A stretch of 64,000 bases of DNA from Polyangiales bacterium. GTDB taxonomy: Bacteria; Myxococcota_A; Polyangia; Polyangiales; Polyangiaceae. Below, piece after piece: positions 50,496-59,747 of the stretch. How positions within the stretch are numbered: position 1 is the stretch's first letter; the number at the start of each line of letters is the position of its first letter. The notes below the pieces were generated by a model. That model was not told where the DNA came from. It saw only the letters and a list, made by a program, of their open reading frames with translations, and did no database searches. The stretch lies in contig JBBRLQ010000020.1 of the NCBI GenBank assembly GCA_038231275.1, positions 1-64,000 of the forward strand. The letters run 5' to 3'. The translations under genes were made by a program, and so were the position numbers.

Positions 50496-51512
50496 TCAAG
50501 AGCGAACCTCCTTCGTCTCGCGCACGGGAGATGCGCGCATGTGGCTTTCCAAGAACTCGTGTGTCTTCTTCCACTTCAGGCGTGCGGCCGGACGCCAGAC
50601 CATCGCATCGTAGCCGTGGATCTCGCCGGGTTGCACGAGGAGCTCGCACGATGATCCGATTCGATCGAGGGCGGCCTTCAGCCTGCGCGCGTGGGGAAGG
50701 AGCGGATCTTTGGTGCCGGCGTTGGTGAAGAACGCCGGCATCGGGCGTGTGGGGCGGAAGCCGTTCTCGAGGAGAAGCAGCGGGCTCGACAGAGGATTTT
50801 TGCGCACGCCGCCGTGCACGTCGTGACCGACGTAGAACACCGCCGCGTCGCTGAGCATGTCGCGCGCCCAGAACGCCATCTTGGGGTGGAGGCGGTAGCG
50901 ATCGACGTCGGTGAGATCGAGGAACGGGTACGTCGACACGACCGCGCGGAGGGGCAGGTCGGCGTCGTAGATCGCACGCGCGAACGGCTCGGGGCGGCGC
51001 GTCGCGTGGGCGATCGCCAGCGCGGTGACGAGGTTGCCGCCTGCGCTCTCGCCCGCGATCGCCAGGCGCGCCTCATCGCCGCCGTACTCGGCGCACCGCT
51101 CGCGCACCCACAAGAGGGCAGCGCACGCGTCCTCGAGGGGCGCGGGGTAGAGGTGCCGCGGTCCGAGGCGGTAGTTGATGTTGAAGACGAGGTACCCGCG
51201 CCGCGCGTAGGCGAGCGCCATCACGCGGTGCGTGTCTTTCGACAACATCGAGAAGCCCCCGCCGTGGACGTACATGACGACGGGCATGGGGCGCCCGGCC
51301 TGCGCCGGGATGTACACGTCGAGGCGATGGGCGGCATCCCCGGGATCGGCGTAGGCAACGTCGTGATGAACGACCACGTCGTGCCGAGTAGGGTGGGCGT
51401 CGGGGAGCGCGTAACGCACGCGCGCGAAGGCATGCGCCGCCTGGTTCACTACGGCCGCTTGAACGGCGCCGCGCGTCGCGCTGAGGCGCTGACGGATGGA
51501 GGGTCCTGCCAT
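50496..51512 (-). CDS. Alpha/beta hydrolase, hormone-sensitive-lipase-like esterase
   Basis: HGGG, NYRL, GESAG, DPL, HGY. Confidence 0.92.
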   Translation of the reverse strand: MAGPSIRQRLSATRGAVQAAVVNQAAHAFARVRYALPDAHPTRHDVVVHHDVAYADPGDAAHRLDVYIPAQAGRPMPVVMYVHGGGFSMLSKDTHRVMALAYARRGYLVFNINYRLGPRHLYPAPLEDACAALLWVRERCAEYGGDEARLAIAGESAGGNLVTALAIAHATRRPEPFARAIYDADLPLRAVVSTYPFLDLTDVDRYRLHPKMAFWARDMLSDAAVFYVGHDVHGGVRKNPLSSPLLLLENGFRPTRPMPAFFTNAGTKDPLLPHARRLKAALDRIGSSCELLVQPGEIHGYDAMVWRPAARLKWKKTHEFLESHMRASPVRETKEVRS

Positions 51513-51569
51513 TGCCAGCGTTCAGTCTCGCACTCTTTACGGACCCATTCCACCCTACAATCGCCCCCC

Positions 51570-53234
51570 ATGGCCCGATCCCCCCGTCTCTCCGGCGCGG
51601 CGCTCAAGCACGTCGCGCGGCTCGTGCGTAGTCGCTTCGGTGCGATCACGCTGCCGCGAATTTTGCGCGCCGAGCTCAAGGTCAACGAGCTGGCTGCGCT
51701 CCCTCACGACGCGCGCGGCGTCCTGCCGCTGCACAATGGGCCTCTTCAAGCGCGGCCGCCGCGCGAGGCGCACGACGCGAAGCTGGCTCTGCCGGAGCGC
51801 GCATGGAGCGGGACGAGCGAGTCGTACGTCAGCGCGTACGCGAAGTCGGAGACGAGCCCCACCGAGGTCGTGGATCGCGCGCTCGCGCTCGCGCGGGAGC
51901 TCGCCGCCAGGACACCGACGATGGCGCCGCTCTACATCGCGGCCGACGAGGACGCGCGGAGAGAAGCGGCGGCGGCGACCGAGCGATACCGAGCCGGCAA
52001 CACCAAAGGACCGCTCGACGGCGTGCCGTGCGTCATCAAAGAAGAGATGGCGATCCGGGGGATGCCCTGGAGCTTCGGCACGCACCTGTACGACGGCGCG
52101 AAGGCGAAGAAGGACTCCACGGTCGTCGCGCGCCTCCGTGAAGCGGGCGCGATCGTGATCGGCATGACGGCGATGACCGAATTCGGGATGACGCCGACCG
52201 GGATCAACCCCAAGCGCCCGATGCCGCGCAACCCACACGCGACCGACTGCGTCGCGGGCGGATCGTCGACGGGGACCGGCGTGTCGGTGGCGACCGGGCT
52301 CGTTCCTTTCGGGCTCGGCGCCGACGGCGGCGGATCGATCCGAATCCCCGCGGCGCTCACCGGCGTCTTCGGAATCAAGCCGACGTGGGGCCTCCTCTCG
52401 CGCGAGGGTGCCTCGGGCGGGACCGTCGCGCACCTCGGCCCGCTCGCGACGAGCGCGCTCGATCTCGCGCGCGTCCTCGAGGTCACCGGCGGTCCCGATC
52501 CGGCGGACGACGAGACGCGCTGGCAGCCGCCGCTCGCCGCCGGCCGTCTCACGCGCGCGATCGGGCGCGGAGTACGCGGCCTCCGCATCGGGATCGAGGA
52601 GAGCGAGTGGAGCGCGGCGGAGGACGTCGTCGGGCACGCTGGCCGCGAGGCGCTTCGCGCGCTGGAGAAGGAAGGGGCGATCCTCGTCCCCGTGAAGATC
52701 TCGATGGCCCGCTACGCGGCGCCGATCGGCTACGTCAGCATCGCGGTGGAGGCGCGCGCGACCCTGCGCGCAGAGTGGCGCGATCACGCCGACGAGCTCA
52801 CCCCCGATCTGCAAATCACCTTCGCCACGCTCGACACGCTCACCGCCCCCGAGCTCCTCGACGCGCAGCGCCTTCGCATGGGCCTGCGGCGCGAGGTGGC
52901 CGGCGTCCTCGGCGACGTCGATCTGCTCGCGCTGCCGACCACGGCGTGCACCGCGCCGCGCGTGACCGACGCCGAGTTCGCGGGAGGAATGCTCGACGCG
53001 CAGGTGATCGAAGGGCTCTGCCGGTTCTCGTTCCTCGGCAACCTCACCGGGCTCCCGGCGGGGACGGCGCCGGTCGGGCGCGACGCGGACGGTCGGCCGA
53101 TCGGCCTCCAGCTCGTCGGCGACGCGTGGGACGAAGCGACGGTGATCGCGGCGCTTGCCCACCTCGAGCGGATCGGCGCCGCGCGCGTGGTGAGGCCGGG
53201 CGTCGCGGTGGACGTCCTGGAACGGCGCGCGTGA
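51570..53234 (+). CDS. Amidase signature family enzyme
   Basis: PLDGVP..IK, GGSSTG, GADGGGSIRIPA, GIKPT; TACAAT -10-like box at 51556. Confidence 0.93.
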   Translation: MARSPRLSGAALKHVARLVRSRFGAITLPRILRAELKVNELAALPHDARGVLPLHNGPLQARPPREAHDAKLALPERAWSGTSESYVSAYAKSETSPTEVVDRALALARELAARTPTMAPLYIAADEDARREAAAATERYRAGNTKGPLDGVPCVIKEEMAIRGMPWSFGTHLYDGAKAKKDSTVVARLREAGAIVIGMTAMTEFGMTPTGINPKRPMPRNPHATDCVAGGSSTGTGVSVATGLVPFGLGADGGGSIRIPAALTGVFGIKPTWGLLSREGASGGTVAHLGPLATSALDLARVLEVTGGPDPADDETRWQPPLAAGRLTRAIGRGVRGLRIGIEESEWSAAEDVVGHAGREALRALEKEGAILVPVKISMARYAAPIGYVSIAVEARATLRAEWRDHADELTPDLQITFATLDTLTAPELLDAQRLRMGLRREVAGVLGDVDLLALPTTACTAPRVTDAEFAGGMLDAQVIEGLCRFSFLGNLTGLPAGTAPVGRDADGRPIGLQLVGDAWDEATVIAALAHLERIGAARVVRPGVAVDVLERRA

Positions 53235-54016
53235 GCTGGGATCCCGCGCAATACGAGCGCTTCCGCGACGAGCGCAGCCAGCCGTTCTTCGATCTGCTCG
53301 GGTGCGTCGAGGCGTCCGACGGCATGCGCGCCGTGGATCTTGGCTGCGGCACCGGCGATCTCACGCGCGTCCTCCACGAGCGCCTGCGCTGCACGAGCAC
53401 CGTCGGCTACGACAACTCGAAGGAGATGCTCGACGCCGCCGCTGCACGCGGGGCTCTCGCCGCCGGGCTCTCGTTCGAGGAGGCCGACATCGCGGACCTC
53501 GCGCTCGCGCCAGGCAGCGTCGATCTCGTGCTCGCCAACGCGTCGCTCCACTGGCTGCCCGATCACGAGGCCCTCCTCGCGCGCCTCGCCGGCTGGCTCT
53601 CGGCGGAGGGACAGCTCGCGGTGCAGGTTCCGGCGAACCACGACTACGTGACCCACACGCTCGCGCGGGAGCTCGCCGCACGCGCGAGGTTCGCAGGTCC
53701 ACTGGGCGGGTTCATTCCGCCGCAGCACGTTCGTACCCCTACCGAATACGCCGCGCTCCTCCATGGCATCGGGTTTCGCCCGATGCGGGTCTCGCTGAAC
53801 GTCTACTCCCACCTCTTGCCGTCGCGCGACGGTGTCTTCGAGTGGGTTCGTGGCACCACCCTCACCGGGCTCAAGTCCCGAATGACGCCCGATCTCTACG
53901 CGACCTTCGAGGCCGAGTACCGCGCGGAGCTCCTCAGGCGCTTGCCGGACGACCGACCCTTCTTCTTCCCATTTCAACGCATTTTGATGTGGGGAAGAAG
54001 GGCGACGGCGGGCTAA
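53231..54016 (+). CDS. tam: Trans-aconitate 2-methyltransferase-like SAM methyltransferase
   Basis: WDPAQYERF.DER.QPF.DL, DLGCGTG, NASLHW, LAVQVP.N, WVRGT, FPFQR. Confidence 0.85.
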   Translation: MSWDPAQYERFRDERSQPFFDLLGCVEASDGMRAVDLGCGTGDLTRVLHERLRCTSTVGYDNSKEMLDAAAARGALAAGLSFEEADIADLALAPGSVDLVLANASLHWLPDHEALLARLAGWLSAEGQLAVQVPANHDYVTHTLARELAARARFAGPLGGFIPPQHVRTPTEYAALLHGIGFRPMRVSLNVYSHLLPSRDGVFEWVRGTTLTGLKSRMTPDLYATFEAEYRAELLRRLPDDRPFFFPFQRILMWGRRATAG

Positions 54017-54080
54017 ATCGGGCCGCATGGATGCGACGGCCGATCTAGTCTCGTCGCGTGAAAGAAGGATCGCGCCGGCG

Positions 54081-54710
54081 ATGAACGTTCTGATTGCCGA
54101 TGACCACGCGCTCCTCCGTCGAGGCTTGCGGCAAATCCTCACGCAGGAGATGCCCGGGGCGCGGTTCACCGAGGCGAGCAACGGCGAGCAGGTAATGGCG
54201 AAGCTCGCGGAGCGGCCGGTGGACATCCTCCTGCTCGACATCTCGATGCCCGGCAAAAATGGCATCGAGCTCCTGCGGGAGGTCCGTCGCAAATACCCCG
54301 ATTGCCCGGTGCTCGTCCTCAGCGTGCACGCGGAGCGGCTGTATGCGGTGCGCGCGCTGAAGGCCGGCGCGTCCGGATACCTCACCAAGGACGTCGCGCC
54401 CGACGGTCTCGTCGAGGCGATCCAGAAAATTCGAAAGGGCGGGCGTTACGTCAGTGCGGCGCTCGCCGAGCTGCTCGCCGCCGACGACGCGTCGACCGAC
54501 GACCGACCGCTCCACGAGAAACTGTCCAACCGCGAGGACGCGATCTTCCGTCGCCTCGCGGCAGGGCAGACCGTCGGCCAGATCGCGAAGACGATGGCGC
54601 TGAGCGTGAAGACGGTGAGCACGTACCGCACGCGCGTCCTCGACAAGCTGCAGATGACGACGAACGCCGCGCTGATGCGCTACGCCATCGATCAGAAGCT
54701 CGTGGAATGA
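54081..54710 (+). CDS. NarL/LuxR family response regulator
   Basis: IADDH, LLDISMP, GYLTK; LS.RE...LSVKTVSTYR HTH. Confidence 0.95.
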   Translation: MNVLIADDHALLRRGLRQILTQEMPGARFTEASNGEQVMAKLAERPVDILLLDISMPGKNGIELLREVRRKYPDCPVLVLSVHAERLYAVRALKAGASGYLTKDVAPDGLVEAIQKIRKGGRYVSAALAELLAADDASTDDRPLHEKLSNREDAIFRRLAAGQTVGQIAKTMALSVKTVSTYRTRVLDKLQMTTNAALMRYAIDQKLVE

Positions 54711-55396
54711 GCGCCGTGACGACTACGGAGGACGCCGAACGGGAGCTCGCAGAGCTGCGCGCTCTCCACGCGCGCGCGCAGGCCGCTCGGGAGGACGACG
54801 CGACGCGCATCGCCCGCGAGCTCCATGACGGGCTTGGGCAGACCTTGACGGCGCTTACGCTCGACATCGGTTGGCTGCGGGAGCGCGTCGCCGAGGACGT
54901 GCGGCTTCACCTCGACGAGATGGCCGACCTCGTGAAGGGGGCGCTCGCGTCGACCCGCCGGCTCGCCGGAGCGCTTCGCCCGACGGTTCTAGAAGATCTC
55001 GGCCTCGGTGCGGGCCTCGAAGGGCTCGTCGAGGAGTGGAGTAGCCGGACGGACATCGCGTGCCGAACCGACCTACGCGCGGAGGGCCTGGTGTTCGGGC
55101 GTCGCACGTCGATCGCCATCTTTCGCGTCCTCGAAGAGGCGCTCTCCAACGTAGCCCATCACGCGGCCGCGACCTCCGTAACGATCTCGTTCGCACATGA
55201 CCGCGAGGCGGCGACGTTGATCGTCTCGGACGACGGTTGCGGCTTCTCCATGATCGAGGCTCGCGCGAAGGGCGCGCTGGGCCTTCGCGCGATGCGTGAG
55301 CGGATGGCCGCGCTGGGTGGCGCGCTGGACGTCACGTCCGCGCCTGGCCAAGGCACGCGCATCGTGGCGCGCGTACCCGTCGACGAGCCCGCGTAG
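54707..55396 (+). CDS. HisKA_3-type histidine kinase without sensor domain
   Basis: IARELHDGLGQ, LRP..L, EALSNV..HA, DDG.GF, GL..MRER; ATGA overlap with the regulator. Confidence 0.88.
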   Translation: MSAVTTTEDAERELAELRALHARAQAAREDDATRIARELHDGLGQTLTALTLDIGWLRERVAEDVRLHLDEMADLVKGALASTRRLAGALRPTVLEDLGLGAGLEGLVEEWSSRTDIACRTDLRAEGLVFGRRTSIAIFRVLEEALSNVAHHAAATSVTISFAHDREAATLIVSDDGCGFSMIEARAKGALGLRAMRERMAALGGALDVTSAPGQGTRIVARVPVDEPA

Positions 55397-55411
55397 ACGA
55401 GAGCGGTCGGG

Positions 55412-55681
55412 CTACCGCGCCGCCGCGATCGCGCTTGCAGGCGAAGGTTGCGGCGAGGGTTGCGGCGTCGGGGACGCTGTGGCGTTCGCGACCTTCTGCG
55501 CGTTCGCTTGCGCCATGACGGCGGCCTGGAGCGCGCTGAACGGGACCTTGGCCACCGTCGTGGAGTCGAGGTGCGAATGCATCGCGCCCACTCCCCATGC
55601 TCCGGCGGAGAACGCACCGACGCCGCCGATGAGGCCGAAGCAGCCGACGGCGATAGCCCTGCGGATCGTTTGCGCCTTCAT
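55412..55681 (-). CDS. Small exported hypothetical protein
   Basis: Signal-like N-terminus, PQPS repeat tail, sigma54-like motif upstream. Confidence 0.55.
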   Translation of the reverse strand: MKAQTIRRAIAVGCFGLIGGVGAFSAGAWGVGAMHSHLDSTTVAKVPFSALQAAVMAQANAQKVANATASPTPQPSPQPSPASAIAAAR

Positions 55682-55694
55682 GGCGTTCTTGCAG

Positions 55695-55710
55695 AGCAAG
55701 CTTCGAACCA
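55695..55710 (-). promoter_or_regulatory. Sigma54-like promoter
   Basis: Minus strand TGGTTCGAAGCTTGCT (GG-N10-GC). Confidence 0.5.
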
Positions 55711-55834
55711 GGACACCGGGATCATGCCCCGACCCCGAAACCTGCCGAAATCACGTGCGTGGCGCCGCGTTTTCTGTGGCGATCGTGCGCTTCCGTGCGG
55801 GTCTGCTGCCGCACCCGTGGCCGAAATGGCTCCG

Positions 55835-57079
55835 CTACGGCTTGTCCGCAATCGCCGCGAGGATGGGCTCGAGGATGGCGTCGTGCGTCTCGAAGCGCGC
55901 GTCGACGGCGAGGGTCGCGGGATCGAATTTGCCGAGCGGATCCTGGCCGAACCGCACGACGACGAGATCGAGGCCCGGCAGGACGTCGACGAATTGGTTG
56001 CCGAAGCCGCGCGCGGCGAACAAATCCTTCGGCGCGAAGGGGACCATGAGCCCCTTCCATGCGGTGCCCATCGCGTCGACGGCGGGCGTGTCGGCGTTGA
56101 GCCAGAAGAGGAAGCCGTATGCGCGGTTCATGTCCTGCGACGGCGTTCGCGTCGCGGCGACGTGCGCGGCGGAGACGACCTGCTCCGTCCCCCACGTTCC
56201 GCCGTGCAAGTAGAGGTACCCGAGCCGCGCGTGATCGCGGCACGACGCCAAGACGTTCGCATACGCGGTCGGGTTGCCCGACGGATCATGCTTCCAGCTC
56301 GCGTCCGCGCCGATCGGAGACCAAAGGTGGAGGTGTGCGTACTCTTCGATCGTCCGACCCGTCGCCGCGCGGAAGACGCGCTCGAGCACCTGCACGGTAC
56401 CGTTGTCGTACGTCCAGCGGGTGCCGGGAGGCGCGGCGAGCGGCCTGTCGATCGCGAAGGTCGTGCCGTCCGTGGCCAAGGTCGCGAGGCTCACGTAGTC
56501 CTCGAAGACGTCCCACTTGAGGCCCGACGTCATGCTCACGAGGTGGCGGAGCGTGATCGCCTCGCGATCGGTGCCTCGCCACTCCGGGACGAGCTCGGCG
56601 ACGGACTGATCGAGGCTCGCAAGATCTCCGCGATCGATCGCGATCCCGACGAGCGCGCTGGCGTACGACTTCGCGATCGACCACGACGGATCCTTCGAGC
56701 TCCGATCGCGTCCGTTCCAGTAGCGCTCGTAGACGAGGACGCCGTGCCGAATGACCAAGAGGCAATGGGACTGCCGGGCCTCCGCGATGGCGGCGGCGGC
56801 GTCGAGGGCGGCGGTGCTCATGCCCTGCTGCTCGGGGACGCCGGTGGTCCAGTCGGGGATCGGGTACGGCACGGTCCGGCCCGCATCGGCGGCGGCGTCT
56901 GCGGCGGTCGTTGGCGACGGCCGCGCGGCGCCACCCTCGGCGGAACCGTCGGGGCTCGGCGGCGCCGGCGACACCTCGGGCGGCGGAGGCTCGGCGCGCG
57001 CCGACGTGGCGCAGCCGGCCGCGGCGACGCAGGCGGCGACGAAGACCGGCGCGAGGGCGAATGGCGGCGTGCGGGTCAC
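55835..57079 (-). CDS. Serine hydrolase, beta-lactamase-related (NylB-like) lipoprotein
   Basis: Lipobox AAGC; SWSIAK, LVSMTSG, YDN, ARLGYL, ARGFGNQ; start estimated. Confidence 0.88.
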   Translation of the reverse strand: MTRTPPFALAPVFVAACVAAAGCATSARAEPPPPEVSPAPPSPDGSAEGGAARPSPTTAADAAADAGRTVPYPIPDWTTGVPEQQGMSTAALDAAAAIAEARQSHCLLVIRHGVLVYERYWNGRDRSSKDPSWSIAKSYASALVGIAIDRGDLASLDQSVAELVPEWRGTDREAITLRHLVSMTSGLKWDVFEDYVSLATLATDGTTFAIDRPLAAPPGTRWTYDNGTVQVLERVFRAATGRTIEEYAHLHLWSPIGADASWKHDPSGNPTAYANVLASCRDHARLGYLYLHGGTWGTEQVVSAAHVAATRTPSQDMNRAYGFLFWLNADTPAVDAMGTAWKGLMVPFAPKDLFAARGFGNQFVDVLPGLDLVVVRFGQDPLGKFDPATLAVDARFETHDAILEPILAAIADKP

Positions 57080-57124
57080 GGAGAGAGACGCTAGCAAGTC
57101 GTCCGGAGGTCGCCTCTCACGGGG

Positions 57125-57156
57125 GCGCCAATCGCTGATTTGCGCGCGCCAATCGC
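57125..57156. promoter_or_regulatory. AraC-type operator: perfect 11-bp direct repeat at 21-bp spacing
   Basis: GCGCCAATCGC at 57125 and 57146, between divergent hydrolase and AraC genes. Confidence 0.7.
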
Positions 57157-57176
57157 GCCCGTAAGCTCACCGCATC

Positions 57177-57992
57177 GTGCACGGTGGACTACGCGGAACG
57201 ACGGTCGAGGAGCTGCGGCGCGATCCCGTGGGGCGCTACGTGAGCAGCGCGACGTTCGCACACTTCTGCGCGCACGCGGGCCTTTGGGGGATCCTCCTGT
57301 GGGGACGACCCGATCGCGATGAGGCCCAGAAGCTGGGACGATCCCTCGTCCTCGAGCTGGCCCCGCCGGCGGTACCCCACGCGTCGATCGTCGACGCCAG
57401 CCGCCTCCAGGGCGGCGACGACACGGCGTTCGGCGCACTGGAGCGCTACGTGACGCGCCATGGAGCGCTCCTGAAGGAGTGGGTGACGCGCCTCGCGATC
57501 GTGCGATCGAAAGGCCTGGGGGGCGCCATCGTCGCGGGCGCGCGCGAGGTGTTGTCCCTTCCGTATCCGGTCCGCGTGTTCGACGACGCGTCCGCCGCGC
57601 TCGGGTGGCTCGGCGAGGCGGCTCCCGCCAACGTCGCCGCAGCGCTCGACGCGCTCTACGCCGAGGCGTCGGGGACCCCGGTCTTGCTCGGCGAGCTGCG
57701 CGCGCTGCTCGACGCGAATCTCCGAGGCCTCGAGCTCGCAGAGGCCGCGCGAACGCTCGGAATGTCGGATCGCTCACTGCAGCGAAGGCTGCGTGAGTCG
57801 GCCACGACGTTCCAGGGAGAGATGATCGACGCGCGCGTCCGCAAGGCAAAGGCGCTGCTCGTCGGCGACGCGCCCTTGACCACGATCGCGCTCGAGGCAG
57901 GGTGCGCCTCGCTCCAGCACTTCAACACGCTGTTCCGAAAGCGCACCGGGCGATTGCCCAGCGCGTGGCGTCAAGAAAAGCGGAAGAGGTAG
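57177..57992 (+). CDS. AraC family regulator with SpoIIAA/STAS-SEC14-like N-terminal domain
   Basis: AARTLGMSDRSLQRRL...IALEAG..S..HF...FRK HTH pair; N part LAIV...PVRVF...ALGWL. Confidence 0.88.
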   Translation: MHGGLRGTTVEELRRDPVGRYVSSATFAHFCAHAGLWGILLWGRPDRDEAQKLGRSLVLELAPPAVPHASIVDASRLQGGDDTAFGALERYVTRHGALLKEWVTRLAIVRSKGLGGAIVAGAREVLSLPYPVRVFDDASAALGWLGEAAPANVAAALDALYAEASGTPVLLGELRALLDANLRGLELAEAARTLGMSDRSLQRRLRESATTFQGEMIDARVRKAKALLVGDAPLTTIALEAGCASLQHFNTLFRKRTGRLPSAWRQEKRKR

Positions 57993-57995
57993 CCG

Positions 57996-59747
57996 ATGGA
58001 GCTGTCCCACAAGGCGAAGGAGCGGCTCGCGAGTCCGAACGTCGGACGGTGGGCGGTCCTCCTCGGCGTCGTGCTGCTGTCACCGTCGCTCGTCGGCGGG
58101 CTCGTCCTCGACGACGACTTCCATCGCGCGCGCGTCCTCGGGGCCGACGTCATCCCCATCTCGCGCCTCGACCTGTTCGATTTCTGCAACGGGCCGGCGG
58201 CGGTGCGCGCGTTGCGGGACCTCGGTCTCTTGCCTTGGTTCGCGACGCCCGATCTCAAGCTCGCGTTCTTTCGGCCGCTCGCGTCAGTCCTCCACTATGT
58301 GGAGTACACGTGCTGGCCCGAATGGCCGGTCCTGATGCACGCGCACAGCCTGGCGTGGTACGCGCTCGCGGTCGCGCTCGCGGCGCGCCTCTACGCGCGG
58401 CTGGTTCGACCGGCGTGGGCGGCGGGGCTCGCGGCGATCTTCTACGCAGTCGCGCCCGGTCACGGGCTGCCGGCGGCGTGGATCGCGAACCGCAACGCAG
58501 TGATCGCGACCGCGCTGGGCCTCGCTGCGCTCCTCGCGCACGATCGGTGGCGCCGGCATGGGCAGCGCGCGGCCGCGGCGATCGGACCGGCGTGCTTCGC
58601 GTTCGCGCTCCTCGCGGGCGAGACGGCGATCGGAGTCTTCGGCTACGTGATCGCCTACGCGTTTTCGCTCGACCGAAGCTCGAGAGGCGCGAGGGCCCTG
58701 GCGGTCGCGCCGTACGCCGCCGTGCTCGTGGTGTGGCAGGTCGCGTACCGGGCGCTGGGGTACGGCGTGCACGGCTCGGCCGTCTACCTCGACGTCGCGC
58801 ACGACACGGGCGAGTTCGCGCGCCACTTCGGTCCGCACGCCGTCGCGCTGCTCCTCGGCGCGCTCGCATTTCCACCGGCGGACGTGTGGGCGGCCGCGCC
58901 GCCGGCCGGAAGGTGGGCGCTCACGGCGGCTGGCGTCGCGTTCCTGGTGTGGTTCTGCCGCGCCGTCGCACCTCTCGTGCGCCACGATCGGGCCGCGCGC
59001 TTCTGGGCGCTCGGCGCGGTTCTCGCGGTGGTTCCGGCGTGCAGCGCGATGCCGTCGAATCGAATGCTCCTTCTCGTGGACCTCGGCGCGCTGGGTCTCG
59101 TCGCGCAGCTCTTGGCCGCCCGCGCCTCGCAGCGCGCGCTGGGGCGGCTGATGATGGTCGTGCACTTGGTCGTCGCTCCACTCCTGTTGCCGGTCATCGC
59201 GATGGTTCCGTTCGCGGTGCGGGCCTACCTACGGGCGGGGACACGCGAGCTCGACGTTCGTGCGTGGTCGCCGGCAGAGACCGTCGTCATGGTGAACGCC
59301 CCGAACCTGCTCCTCCCCTTCTATGGGGTAACGGCCAAGCGACTCGTCAGCGCCGGCCGCCCGACGCTCACGCGGGTGCTCGCGTCGGGCAGCGAGCCCG
59401 TTCGCGTGAGCCGCCCCGACGCGCAGACCCTCTTCGTCCGCGTGGAGCACGGCTTCCTGAGCGAGCTCTCGACCGGCATCGTACGGGCGCGCGCGCTGGA
59501 GCTCGGCGAGACCGCGTCGCTCCATGGCCTCGTCGTCGACGTGACCGCGCTCGATCGCGAGGGCCTCGCCGTCGAGGCGCGGTTTCGGTTCGATCGTCCC
59601 CTCGACGACCCGTCGTTCCGCTGGCTCGCGTGGACCGGCGCGACGCTCGTGGAGATCTCGCTCCCCGAGGTCGGCGCCGCCGCGACGTTCGGCGACGGAG
59701 CTCCTACCCGCGCGGTCCCGACGGGCGGCTCGCCACGAGATCGGTGA
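57996..59747 (+). CDS. Polytopic membrane protein, GT-C glycosyltransferase-like
   Basis: LDDD, FFRPL, WIANRN, LLAGE motifs; more than 10 TM segments. Confidence 0.65.
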   Translation: MELSHKAKERLASPNVGRWAVLLGVVLLSPSLVGGLVLDDDFHRARVLGADVIPISRLDLFDFCNGPAAVRALRDLGLLPWFATPDLKLAFFRPLASVLHYVEYTCWPEWPVLMHAHSLAWYALAVALAARLYARLVRPAWAAGLAAIFYAVAPGHGLPAAWIANRNAVIATALGLAALLAHDRWRRHGQRAAAAIGPACFAFALLAGETAIGVFGYVIAYAFSLDRSSRGARALAVAPYAAVLVVWQVAYRALGYGVHGSAVYLDVAHDTGEFARHFGPHAVALLLGALAFPPADVWAAAPPAGRWALTAAGVAFLVWFCRAVAPLVRHDRAARFWALGAVLAVVPACSAMPSNRMLLLVDLGALGLVAQLLAARASQRALGRLMMVVHLVVAPLLLPVIAMVPFAVRAYLRAGTRELDVRAWSPAETVVMVNAPNLLLPFYGVTAKRLVSAGRPTLTRVLASGSEPVRVSRPDAQTLFVRVEHGFLSELSTGIVRARALELGETASLHGLVVDVTALDREGLAVEARFRFDRPLDDPSFRWLAWTGATLVEISLPEVGAAATFGDGAPTRAVPTGGSPRDR

